A stretch of 64,000 nucleotides of DNA. It comes from Trueperaceae bacterium. GTDB lineage: Bacteria > Deinococcota > Deinococci > Deinococcales > Trueperaceae. The notes under the pieces are model-generated. The model was not told the origin of the DNA. It saw nothing but the letters and a program-made list of their open reading frames with translations, and searched no databases. A program made the translations under genes and the position numbers. The stretch spans positions 192,001 to 256,000 of the forward strand of contig CBDCDZ010000004.1 of assembly GCA_965215565.1 (NCBI GenBank), written 5' to 3'. How positions within the stretch are numbered: position 1 is the stretch's first letter; each line of letters begins with the position of its first letter. Below, one piece after another: positions 18,599-27,207 of the stretch.

Positions 18599-20998
18599 AT
18601 GAAGCTCTTAGCCCTGGGGGGGCTTCGCCTCGAAGACAGTGACTTCTCGCGGGTCAAGCCGCTCTTGCTGTTGGCGTATCTCGCCCTGGAAGGTCCAAAG
18701 GAGCGGCGCTACTTAGCCGAACTCTTCTGGCCCGGCGCGAGCAGCCACCTCAACAGCCTCTCGGCGGCGCTGAGTCGTCTCCGCAAGGGCGCACCCGGCG
18801 CGTTAGAAGCCGACGAACTGCGCGTGTGGCCCGCCTTCTTTTCGGACGTAGCGGACCTCTTGGGGGCGTTAGAGCGTGGCGACGCAGAGCGGGCGTTGAC
18901 GCTCTACACGGGCGCGTTCTTGGAGGGCGTCTACCTCTCCGACTGGAGCCCCGAGCTAGAGGAGTGGGTCTACGCTTCGAGAGAAGACCTCGCGGCGAGG
19001 GTCCAACACGCCGCCCTGCGTCTAGCCGAAAGTGACGCCGCTCAGGGGCGTTTTGCCGACGCCGCGCACCGCGCCGAACGTGCCTTTACGCTCCCCGGCG
19101 CGCCCGAGAGTGAGCCCGAAGACCTGAGCCGCTTCTACCTCCTCTTACAAGCGGCCGGTCACCCCTCAGCTGCGCACCTCAGAGCGGAGGCGCAGGGGTA
19201 CGCCGTCACCCTCGAGTTTTCACCACGCGAAGCGCAAGCAAGGCTCCAGCGCGTGCTCGTCGGACGTGAGAGCGAAGCGGCGCGGCTCCTGACCCTGGCA
19301 CCGGGCGAATCCGCCTGGGTCTGCGGCGGCGCGGGCATGGGCAAGACGGCGCTCTTAAAGAGCGTTCAGGGAACCTATCTCCCCGGACGCTCGCTCTTGC
19401 CCTACGCAACGTTGGAGCCGCTCGCTGGAGCCGCCTTGCAAGAGGGCGAAGGCGCGGTGCTGCAAGCCCTCGCCAAGCTGGAGGGCTTTTGGCTCATCGA
19501 CAACTGGGAGAACGTAGACGCCGCCAGCCAAGTCCTCCTGCGCAAGCTCCATGACCTTCGCCCCAGAGCGCGTCTCGTCATCGCCTCGCGCGAGAATCCA
19601 CCTTTCGGGGTGGACATGCGGCTCGAGCTTTCCCCCCTCTCCGAACGCGATTTAGCAAGGTATACTGGCGCGTGGGAACGTACCCAAGGCGTCCCCGCGC
19701 TAGTCGAAGCCTTCTTGCGCGGCGAAGCGCCTGAAAAAGCGTTGGAGGCGCAACTCGCCGCCCTACCCACAATTGCCGAAGAGGTCTACTTAGCCCTCGC
19801 CCTCCTAGACGACGCCGACCCCGACACCGCGCTCGTGCGCCGCGCTCTGTCGCTCAACGCGCAAGAGATGGCGCGAGCCCTAGAGTCCTTGCTCGCCGCC
19901 GGTCTCGTCGAGCCCTCGGGCAAGGTGCGCGTGCGCCGCGTCGCGTTAGAACTTTTAGAGGCGCATCCCACCCGCTTGGGTCCTCTGTCGCTCCAACTCG
20001 CCCGCTGCTTGTCGGGCGTCGAGGCGTTTCCACTCTACGAACGCTCGAGACCTCTTTGGGCGCAAGAGGATGAAGCCAATGTTGTCGGCGCGTACCTCGC
20101 CTGGGCGGAGGAGTTGCTGCGCCGCGGCTTTCCGCAGCGCGCCTTCGAAACCCTAGAAGACGCGCCCGACACGCGCCCCGTGACCTTTTTGAAAGGGCGC
20201 GCCCTAGAGCGCTCTGGGCGCTATCAAGAAGCGTTCGCCTGCGTCCAAAGTCTCGCTGAAACGCCCGAAGTGCTAGCGCTCAGGGCGACGCTTCACTACC
20301 GCTTAGGTCATCCGAAAGAGGCGAAGCGCGCGGCGGAAATTGCCTTAAAAGGGAGTATCGAGGCGCGTGCGGAGGGGCAGAATGTGCTGGGAAATGTAGC
20401 CTATTCAGAGGGTCAATATACTGAATCGGCAAAACTGTTTCGCAGAGCAGCGGCGTTGTGGTTAGCTGTGGGACAGAAAGTAAGGTGGGTAGGTGCGCTC
20501 AACAACGCCGCAGTAGCGCGGAGTGATGCGGGTGAAGACGCTGAACAAGCGTATCAAGAAGCATTGGTGGCGGCAGGTGCAAATCAGGTATTACGTACTA
20601 TGGTGCTTACTAATCTCGGGTGCGTTTACGAAGATCGAGGCGAGTTCGGTAAAGCTATAAAGACATACGAAGACGTGATTACTTCAGCTAACGAAATTAG
20701 AGCTACCGTAGCTTTAGCGACAGCTTGGAACAACATAGGTGATTGTTATAAAGAAGATAAACCCGAAAAGGCTGTAGAAGCCTATAAGCAGGCATACGAG
20801 TTTGCTCAAGAAGCGGGAGACTCTTATATTATTGCCACAACGCTTGCTAACCTAGCAGAGGTCAGTAATGATTTTGAAGCTTGGCAAGAAGCTATGTACC
20901 TCTTTGAAGTAACTGGACACTCAGATCAAATAAGGCAGCACCGAACTCAACTCCCCGAAAGTCACCTGTTCAGGGTGCGGTCAGGGGTAAACGTTTAG
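18599..20998 (+). CDS. SARP/AfsR-like transcriptional regulator: wHTH + BTAD + P-loop NTPase + TPR repeats
   Basis: LLLAYLAL..RRYLAELFWP..LSAALSRLRK; YTGAFLEG..LEEWV; Walker A GGAGMGKT; Walker B FWLIDN; Asn-containing TPRs; start ATG 18599. Confidence 0.88.
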   Translation: MKLLALGGLRLEDSDFSRVKPLLLLAYLALEGPKERRYLAELFWPGASSHLNSLSAALSRLRKGAPGALEADELRVWPAFFSDVADLLGALERGDAERALTLYTGAFLEGVYLSDWSPELEEWVYASREDLAARVQHAALRLAESDAAQGRFADAAHRAERAFTLPGAPESEPEDLSRFYLLLQAAGHPSAAHLRAEAQGYAVTLEFSPREAQARLQRVLVGRESEAARLLTLAPGESAWVCGGAGMGKTALLKSVQGTYLPGRSLLPYATLEPLAGAALQEGEGAVLQALAKLEGFWLIDNWENVDAASQVLLRKLHDLRPRARLVIASRENPPFGVDMRLELSPLSERDLARYTGAWERTQGVPALVEAFLRGEAPEKALEAQLAALPTIAEEVYLALALLDDADPDTALVRRALSLNAQEMARALESLLAAGLVEPSGKVRVRRVALELLEAHPTRLGPLSLQLARCLSGVEAFPLYERSRPLWAQEDEANVVGAYLAWAEELLRRGFPQRAFETLEDAPDTRPVTFLKGRALERSGRYQEAFACVQSLAETPEVLALRATLHYRLGHPKEAKRAAEIALKGSIEARAEGQNVLGNVAYSEGQYTESAKLFRRAAALWLAVGQKVRWVGALNNAAVARSDAGEDAEQAYQEALVAAGANQVLRTMVLTNLGCVYEDRGEFGKAIKTYEDVITSANEIRATVALATAWNNIGDCYKEDKPEKAVEAYKQAYEFAQEAGDSYIIATTLANLAEVSNDFEAWQEAMYLFEVTGHSDQIRQHRTQLPESHLFRVRSGVNV

Positions 20999-21001
20999 TC
21001 T
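20970..21001 (+). promoter_or_regulatory. SARP-type promoter: TCAGGGT-N4-TCAGGGG-N8-TAGTCT
   Basis: Heptamer direct repeats with 11-bp period, 8 bp before a TAnnnT box; lies in the last codons of the regulator. Confidence 0.65.
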
Positions 21002-21068
21002 ATTTTTGAAGGAGATACTTTCGTATAAGCCGAAGATATTTCGCTCTAAAAATAAAAGGAGATCGGAC

Positions 21069-21224
21069 ATGAGTGACAGAAGTGATGAGGAAAAGAAAAA
21101 AGACAGCCCCAAAGAGGTGAGCGACTTTCTCAAACAACAGAAGAAAGGTTCACGCAACCCTTCAAAGGATGAAGATGCGAAAGATCAGGGCAATGACACA
21201 GATGGGATAAAAATAAGGGACTAA
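21069..21224 (+). CDS. 51-aa highly charged microprotein of unknown function
   Basis: Strong SD AAAGGAGA before ATG; followed by an intrinsic terminator. Confidence 0.7.
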   Translation: MSDRSDEEKKKDSPKEVSDFLKQQKKGSRNPSKDEDAKDQGNDTDGIKIRD

Positions 21225-21259
21225 GCGAACGGCGTGAAGTGACCTAAATTTTTATTAGC

Positions 21260-21295
21260 GAAAAGCGGTGCAAAAGTGATTTTGCACCGCTTTTC
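21260..21295. terminator. Bidirectional intrinsic terminator
   Basis: GAAAAGCGGTGCAAAA-gtga-TTTTGCACCGCTTTTC between convergent genes. Confidence 0.9.
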
Positions 21296-21318
21296 AACAC
21301 CAGTTCAAACCCTCAAGC

Positions 21319-22194
21319 CTACCCCCCACGCTTCTCAAACAGCGGAATAATATCCTCTAAAAAACGATTGAACGCCTCATTAAGCTGTTCAATATGTTCC
21401 GGCATCGCCTCGTCGAAGCTGTCCTCGCAACCTTGTAAGTAGAGGGCGCGGTTGACCTCTAGCGAGAAGCCGGGTTTATGATGCGCGAAGACGGGGTTGC
21501 TGTAGCGGCGCTGGATGTCCGCCATCGAAAAGGGCGAGTTGAGGAGGGCGCGGGGCGGTACGTTGGGGCAGACTTTCATCACATCGGCGAAGTGATGCTC
21601 GAGCCTCTCGGTAAGTACGTGCGCGGTCTCCGCGTCCACGCTGGTGTACGCCCCCGGTGTTTTTGGTTTACCCATTTCGTCGCCGCCGGTGATTAAAGTG
21701 AGCGCCGGACGCAGCTCGCCGGTGTCCGGTCCGATGGCGGGTCCGACGGGTGCCATCGCGTGGCCGTCTACGAAAAAGAGGATGTCGTCGCGCTCTAGGG
21801 CGTGCTCTATCGCCTTGTGAAAGGGGTCCCAGTAGGTTTCTAAGCGGGCTTCGGCGGCTTCTTGGCTGAGGTGATAGTCTTTGGGGTAGAGAGGTTCGGC
21901 GCTGAAGTCGGTGAGCTTGATGACGCCGTTCGCGCCGCCCTCGTCGCGCCGCCGGTTATAGTCCACCACAAAGCGCGACGCCGCCGCGTTGAAGTGCAGC
22001 GCCCCCTCCGCTTGGAAAATCTGATCGGTGTAGGGGTCGCCCTCGAAGAAAAGGCGCTTCAAGAACCGCTCGCGCAAACCTTTATCACTCGCTCTGTCGC
22101 CCAGCATTTCGGACAAAATGTCATTGGGGACGAAGCCGGAGGAGTGCGGGGTGGAGATGAGTACGGGGAGGTGTTTGATCGCAACGTCGAACAT
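21319..22194 (-). CDS. N-formylglutamate amidohydrolase family protein
   Basis: LISTPHS, DPYTD, SRFVVDYNR, YWDPFH, VDGHAM, LEVNRALY. Confidence 0.88.
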   Translation of the reverse strand: MFDVAIKHLPVLISTPHSSGFVPNDILSEMLGDRASDKGLRERFLKRLFFEGDPYTDQIFQAEGALHFNAAASRFVVDYNRRRDEGGANGVIKLTDFSAEPLYPKDYHLSQEAAEARLETYWDPFHKAIEHALERDDILFFVDGHAMAPVGPAIGPDTGELRPALTLITGGDEMGKPKTPGAYTSVDAETAHVLTERLEHHFADVMKVCPNVPPRALLNSPFSMADIQRRYSNPVFAHHKPGFSLEVNRALYLQGCEDSFDEAMPEHIEQLNEAFNRFLEDIIPLFEKRGG

Positions 22195-22254
22195 AAAGCA
22201 CTAGTATAAAGCAAGGCGTTTTCTCTGACTGTTCGGCTTTGCACGTCTTGACTT

Positions 22255-22345
22255 AGCAATGAGTTCCGAGCAATCCAGTCAAGCTGGACGGGCGGTGAGC
22301 AACGAGTCTAGAGGGTTTTACTCACCGCTCGTTGCTCATTGCTTT
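22255..22345. repeat. Heptamer-built palindromic repeat, copy 4
   Basis: AGCAATGAG...GAGCAACGAG...CTCGTTGCTCATTGCT; contains ATCCAGTCAAGCTGG, also seen at ~23713-23753. Confidence 0.8.
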
Positions 22346-22390
22346 TAACTTTCTAGGACAGAACCAAATGGTTGCAGAGTGTGAGCCTCC

Positions 22391-23656
22391 CTACTCCCCC
22401 AAATAAACCCTCGTCTCCGGCTTAAACGCTGCCCACGCGAACCAGAGCGTGTTGTCGTGGACGATAGGGGAGAGCTGTTCGCCCCTGAGTTCTCCCGCTA
22501 CCGCTTTGCCCAAAAGGTTCCAGGTGCTGTTCGTCTCGGAGTCTACGAACGCGCCCTCTTGCCACGCAAAGGTAAGCTCTCGGCCTCCCAAACGCCTGTC
22601 GAACACGCCGACTGCGCCCACGTCCTGACCCTGAGCGATGCTCTGAGTGTCTAACGCGCTCGCCGTGCCCTCTTGCCAAAGGACAGCGAGAGGTGTTCCG
22701 CCAAGTTCATCGTTAATCACGTGCTCTTGCGACAAAATCTCGAAAGGATACGCCGCCGTTTCCTCACCCTGCACCACGCTCACGATGCGCTCTTTGGGCG
22801 TGAGCCTGCCGTCCGTGACGCCCCGAAAGAGAAAGGCGGGGCTGCCCACTGCGTCGTAACCGACGTAGGGGTTTTGTCCGTAGGAGCGGCGGTAGCCGGT
22901 GTCTTGGGAGAGCACGCTCGCACTGGGGAAGGCTTCTCTAGCTTGCTCAAACGAGACGATTTGCGCGGGCAGGCGTAAGAGTTCTGTGTCCGTGAGCGTG
23001 CCGACGTTGCCCTCACCCAGAATTTGTGACCACAAGGTGCTCGTTTCAGAATCGAACATGAGCAAGTTGGAGTTGTACAAAAGCCCTGAAACGCCGAAGG
23101 TGACTTCTAAACCTCTTGAAACTTGGGTCTCTTCACCGACTTGCGCAGTGTAGGCGTCTATGAAGGTGGGCTCGAGCCTCGCAACCTTAGCCTCGGGGTT
23201 GACCTCTTGCACCCTCGAGAGCGCGTCCTCAACCAGCGGAATGCGGCGGTCAAACGCTAGCGCGCTGTTGCAGAGCGGGCAGAAGGTGACGGCGACGGGC
23301 ACGTCACCCAAGGTGTCGTTGACGATTTCGTGCCAGGTCAAAATCCGCAGCGGGTAGATTTTGGCGTCATCTCGCAACGAGAGTAGGACGACGGGCTCTT
23401 GGGGCTCCAACCACGCCGCCGCCTCGTCCTGCGAGACGAACGCAGGCGCTTCAGACGCGGATGCGACCTCTTGCCAGTCCCCGCTAAAGCCGAGCGCAGG
23501 GATGCCCTGCGGGGGAGGACCACCGCTCAAGACCTCTTCCAAGGGGATGTTGGCGCGTTCTGTATTCGCGCCGAGGCGACCGAATGCGGTGTCGAGCGTG
23601 CTCTGCGCCAAGGCGCTTCCGACGAGAAAAATTATCAAGCAAACGAGCTGTCTCAT
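22391..23656 (-). CDS. DUF3179 domain secreted protein
   Basis: Signal peptide; SGGPP..GIPA, WHEIVND, TFCPLC, FGVSGLLYNSNLLMFD, WFAWAAF. Confidence 0.88.
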   Translation of the reverse strand: MRQLVCLIIFLVGSALAQSTLDTAFGRLGANTERANIPLEEVLSGGPPPQGIPALGFSGDWQEVASASEAPAFVSQDEAAAWLEPQEPVVLLSLRDDAKIYPLRILTWHEIVNDTLGDVPVAVTFCPLCNSALAFDRRIPLVEDALSRVQEVNPEAKVARLEPTFIDAYTAQVGEETQVSRGLEVTFGVSGLLYNSNLLMFDSETSTLWSQILGEGNVGTLTDTELLRLPAQIVSFEQAREAFPSASVLSQDTGYRRSYGQNPYVGYDAVGSPAFLFRGVTDGRLTPKERIVSVVQGEETAAYPFEILSQEHVINDELGGTPLAVLWQEGTASALDTQSIAQGQDVGAVGVFDRRLGGRELTFAWQEGAFVDSETNSTWNLLGKAVAGELRGEQLSPIVHDNTLWFAWAAFKPETRVYLGE

Positions 23657-23880
23657 AGCGTCAGCTTAGCGGCACTTCGACCTCTTTGCGGTCAACCGCT
23701 TGACCTGAAAGAAGCAATCCAGTCGAGCTGGTTATGTGATCCAGTCAAGCTGGTGGTTTTAGCTTCCGCAGGAACGAACGGTCTTGCGAAGCAAACGATT
23801 ACGAAGTTTTCGTAGAAGCGAAACGGTAAGCAACGAGCATAGGTCAGAGCGAAGCTCAAAGCACTATGTGCTTCACCTAT

Positions 23881-23936
23881 TGAGCAATGAGTGAAAACCT
23901 TTAGACTCATTGCTTGGTACTCATTGCTCATTGCTC
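23881..23936. repeat. Heptamer-built palindromic repeat, copy 5
   Basis: TGAGCAATGAGT...ACTCATTGCT...CTCATTGCTCATTGCTC. Confidence 0.85.
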
Positions 23937-23984
23937 CTTAGAACAACGCCGCTACCTCATCTCCTTTCACGGTAAACTCCCCCT

Positions 23985-24485
23985 ATGCCCAATAAAGACG
24001 CACTATCCCATTTCGGTTCGGACCCAGGAGAGGCGCAGGCAATCCTCGTCCGCGAATTTGACGCTTTCGAAAAGGTCCAGACCTATTTACAGGAGCGCTG
24101 GACGGAGCCCCTGCGCCCCGATGCGTGGAGCCCCGCGCAGATTTTTGAGCACGTCTTAAAAACGAACGTCTCGATGAGCAAGGTGCTCTACCTCTTGCGC
24201 CGCGACGCGCCGCTGCCCGAGATGCCTAAAAAGCCCGCCAACGTCGAGAACGGAAAAGTGCAGTCGCCCGAGTTCGCGCTACCCGGCGAGCCGCAGCCTT
24301 TAGAAGCGCTGTTGCCCAAGTGGAAAGAGGTGAGAGAACGTCATCTGCAAGAGGTGGACAAGACGTCTACGTGGCGTGAGCGGACGGTGTTTCATCCTGT
24401 TTTTGGTGACTTAGACGCCCTACAGTGGGTGCAGGCGGCGAGCTTGCACATGGCGCATCATAGGAAGCAGTTGGAGGAGAGGTAG
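23985..24485 (+). CDS. DinB/YfiT family metalloprotein
   Basis: WSPAQIFEHV ... HPVFG ... HMAHH three-His pattern. Confidence 0.88.
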   Translation: MPNKDALSHFGSDPGEAQAILVREFDAFEKVQTYLQERWTEPLRPDAWSPAQIFEHVLKTNVSMSKVLYLLRRDAPLPEMPKKPANVENGKVQSPEFALPGEPQPLEALLPKWKEVRERHLQEVDKTSTWRERTVFHPVFGDLDALQWVQAASLHMAHHRKQLEER

Positions 24486-24536
24486 CAGCCATCTCTGCGT
24501 TCTGATTTAATGATGAGGTGGTGCTTTACTTGGCAT

Positions 24537-24600
24537 TTCAGCTTGTCAGCACTTCAGGAAAAACCTAAAAACCTGACTAGCTGACAACCTGACCTGCCGA
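24537..24600. repeat. Intergenic repeat family B, copy 1
   Basis: TGTCAGCACTTCAGGAAAAA..TAAAA.CCTG..GCTGAC, shared with 36493-36573. Confidence 0.7.
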
Positions 24601-24608
24601 TACGCTCT

Positions 24609-25061
24609 TTACTCTACAGCCAGCCCCTCCAACTGCTTAATTTCTTCGATAAACCTGTCCACCGAGTCGAAGTCGCGGTAGACGCTTAGAAAGCGGATGT
24701 AGGCGACGTCATCCAAACTTTTCAAGAACTTGAGCGCGCGAATGCCGATCTCTTCCGCACCGATTTCGGGGCTCTGCACGGTGTCTTCAAAGGTGTAGGC
24801 GAACTCTCTAAGTTGCTTCTCCGTCGCGGGGCGCTTGTTACAGGCGATGCGGAGTTTGTCCAGGAGCTTGTCGGGGTTAAACGCCTCGCGCCGCCCGGAG
24901 CGTTTGGTGACCATCAAGGCTTCGAACTGGGCGCGTTCGTAGGTGGTGAAGCGGCGATTGCAGACGGTGCATTCGCGCCGCCGCCGGATGGCGTTGCCCT
25001 CATCCGAGGGGCGCGAGTTGACGACGCGCGTCTCCAAGGATGAGCAGTAGGGACACTTCAC
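24609..25061 (-). CDS. nrdR: Transcriptional repressor NrdR
   Basis: MKCPYC..VNSR..IRRRREC..RFTTYE, ATP cone, DDVAYIRFLSVYR. Confidence 0.97.
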   Translation of the reverse strand: MKCPYCSSLETRVVNSRPSDEGNAIRRRRECTVCNRRFTTYERAQFEALMVTKRSGRREAFNPDKLLDKLRIACNKRPATEKQLREFAYTFEDTVQSPEIGAEEIGIRALKFLKSLDDVAYIRFLSVYRDFDSVDRFIEEIKQLEGLAVE

Positions 25062-25096
25062 AGTCTCTTCCTCACGCTACTTTTCGCAGTTCTTTC

Positions 25097-26014
25097 TCAC
25101 GAAACATCCTCCGTGCCGAGTGAAAAATAGTAGCGCTCCATTTCAGAATCGGCGTCGTCATACTCTTCGTCACCCTCAGCGTCATCGTCCATATCTAGGT
25201 CTTCCTCGGACTCTGAATCGTCGCCAAAGTTGTCCTCGTCTAAATCGTCTACGTCCACACCGTCAAGCTCGTCCTCTAGCTCATCCTCTTCGTACAGGCT
25301 CGCCTCGAGGTCATCCTGGCGCACGTTTTCGTCTAACGCCGCGCGCACCTCGGGCAGCAAGGATTCGATGACTTTGGGGGGCGGCGGCAGCTCGACGTAG
25401 AGCCTGTGACCGGAGAGCCCGGTTTGCCTCGAGCCCAGATACAGCACGTTTTGTACCAAAGGCGCGTCGTGTTTAGGGTCCGACGCCGAGCGCGACGGCA
25501 CCACGACGTTGACATTCAGGTTGTCGTAGCGCGATTCGAAGCCCGCCGCCATGCGCGTGATCGCGCCGCGCACCGCCACCATGTGCGGCTCGACGGCGTT
25601 GCGGGGCGGCGCAACCAAGACGAGCCAACTCTCGTTGAGGATGCGCGCGGCGGTTTTAAGGACTAAAAAGGTGCTCTTGAAGTTTTCGTCTAACAGCTCG
25701 CCGAACTCGCCTTCGCCCAGGTCACGAAAGCGCGTGTTGCTCTCGAAACTCGCCACGTGCACCACGCCTGTCAGGTCCCCAAAGATTTCGAACACCTTGT
25801 CGAAGGCGGCTTTGACGTCCATCTGGCTGGTCATGTCGGCTTGAATGGGGATGGCTTGACCGCCCAACTCCTCGATTTCGGCAGCGGTCTTAGAGGCCAA
25901 ATCCACGTCTCTGTCGGCGCAAACGACGTCGTAGTCGGCTTGCCCGTAGGCGAGCGCGACGGCCCTGCCGAAGCCCTGACCCACATTCGTGACGAGGATA
26001 ACACTTACACTCAT
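25097..26014 (-). CDS. Atypical SDR-fold protein with a long acidic C-terminal tail
   Basis: TNVGQGFG Rossmann-like motif, IQADMT; HxxxR instead of YxxxK; D/E-rich tail. Confidence 0.8.
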   Translation of the reverse strand: MSVSVILVTNVGQGFGRAVALAYGQADYDVVCADRDVDLASKTAAEIEELGGQAIPIQADMTSQMDVKAAFDKVFEIFGDLTGVVHVASFESNTRFRDLGEGEFGELLDENFKSTFLVLKTAARILNESWLVLVAPPRNAVEPHMVAVRGAITRMAAGFESRYDNLNVNVVVPSRSASDPKHDAPLVQNVLYLGSRQTGLSGHRLYVELPPPPKVIESLLPEVRAALDENVRQDDLEASLYEEDELEDELDGVDVDDLDEDNFGDDSESEEDLDMDDDAEGDEEYDDADSEMERYYFSLGTEDVS

Positions 26015-26153
26015 GAAGCCCTAGCATACCTACCTTTGTGCGCGTACACAAGAGCGTGAGGGACAAGGGCAGGCGTTCTCTGCTGATAGGTATTGGCGTA
26101 AGGGTGGTTTTCTGGTCCGCAAGAACGAGTGGAAGGAGGCTCGAGCGCGACCT

Positions 26154-27119
26154 CTACAGGGTTAGAGAACGACTCAAAGCGGTGAAGAGGCCTTTCTCGA
26201 GCCCCGCAATCTCCTGTGCAAGTTCTCCCGCTCGAGCGAGGTGCGCCGCTTGCTCACCCGCCTGAGCGAACGAAACGGCTTTGAGTTCTTGCGCGAGGTT
26301 TGTCCAGAGAGTTCCTGAACGTTCAAAGCCGGTGGTGAGGTCCTTACCGAGTTCTAGAATAGGGGAGACCTCTCCTAAAAAATCGCGGTACAAAAGCCGA
26401 AAGCCGCCCCCACCCGTACCCCGCTTCTCAATCCCTTGATACCCGTACCGCGCTGCCCACGAGAGGTCTGGGAGTTGCGTCCAGTTAGGCAAATCGGCGG
26501 CGAAGCGCCTGAGCCCAGCGAGTCCTTCGTTTTCTGAAGGCGGCTCGAGCATGTACTCAACAGTCTTTCGAATTGCTAGAGGTGCAAGCTCGGCAATGTT
26601 GACCTCTTTAATTTTAGGCGCAGGGGCGTAGTGGTAGGGTTTTAGAAGCGGTGGGCGAGGGTCCTTGACCGCGTCACGGAAGTTGTCCAAAGTCATTTTA
26701 GAGAACCCCTCTGCCGCGATGTCCGCTGTTAAGACCTCTTCAGCTTCTGAACCCACAACGACAAGTCCATGCCCCGTAAAATGTGCGTCGTCGTAATAAG
26801 GAATCGGGTGAATATTGGTCTGCGCCAGAACAGGACGGTTAGACGCTAAAGACTCGGCGATAAGCTCGGGTTGCCAAGAGGTCGCCCACGGAATCGGACA
26901 ACCCACCAAGCGGTAGAAGTTGCCTTCTAAGTCGGGGGCGCGTCCGTTGAAGCGGCGCGTGGGGCTGCTGTTAGGTTCCTCGAGGTAGAAAAACCCCAAG
27001 CCGCTCCCCAAGCCAAAAGTCAGCGCTTCGGAGAGGTTCACACCGTCAAAGGCGAGCACGCTTCTTAACGCGGACGAGGAGCAGTGTGCGCCGACGAGGT
27101 TGGGGAAATTAAGCCTCAC
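26154..27119 (-). CDS. BtrH N-terminal / DUF4872 domain protein (papain-like Cys-His)
   Basis: GAHCSS, LSEALTFGLGSGLGFFY, HFTGH, GTGGGGFRLLYRDFL. Confidence 0.82.
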   Translation of the reverse strand: MRLNFPNLVGAHCSSSALRSVLAFDGVNLSEALTFGLGSGLGFFYLEEPNSSPTRRFNGRAPDLEGNFYRLVGCPIPWATSWQPELIAESLASNRPVLAQTNIHPIPYYDDAHFTGHGLVVVGSEAEEVLTADIAAEGFSKMTLDNFRDAVKDPRPPLLKPYHYAPAPKIKEVNIAELAPLAIRKTVEYMLEPPSENEGLAGLRRFAADLPNWTQLPDLSWAARYGYQGIEKRGTGGGGFRLLYRDFLGEVSPILELGKDLTTGFERSGTLWTNLAQELKAVSFAQAGEQAAHLARAGELAQEIAGLEKGLFTALSRSLTL

Positions 27120-27207
27120 GTTATTGACCTTTTCGTTTTTAACCTCTTCACCTCCGGCCTCTTCACCTTTGACCTCTTTGAACCTGACCTCTTCTCAACC
27201 TCTTCGC

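Noticed and set aside
21006..21068. 72-aa version of the microprotein starting at TTG 21006
   Set aside because: The ATG at 21069 has a strong SD. TTG 21006 lies only 4 nt after the -10 box, so a leaderless longer form is not fully excluded but is less likely
24609..25061. Short ATP-cone in NrdR as a truncation
   Set aside because: Total length (150 aa) and both terminal motifs are normal
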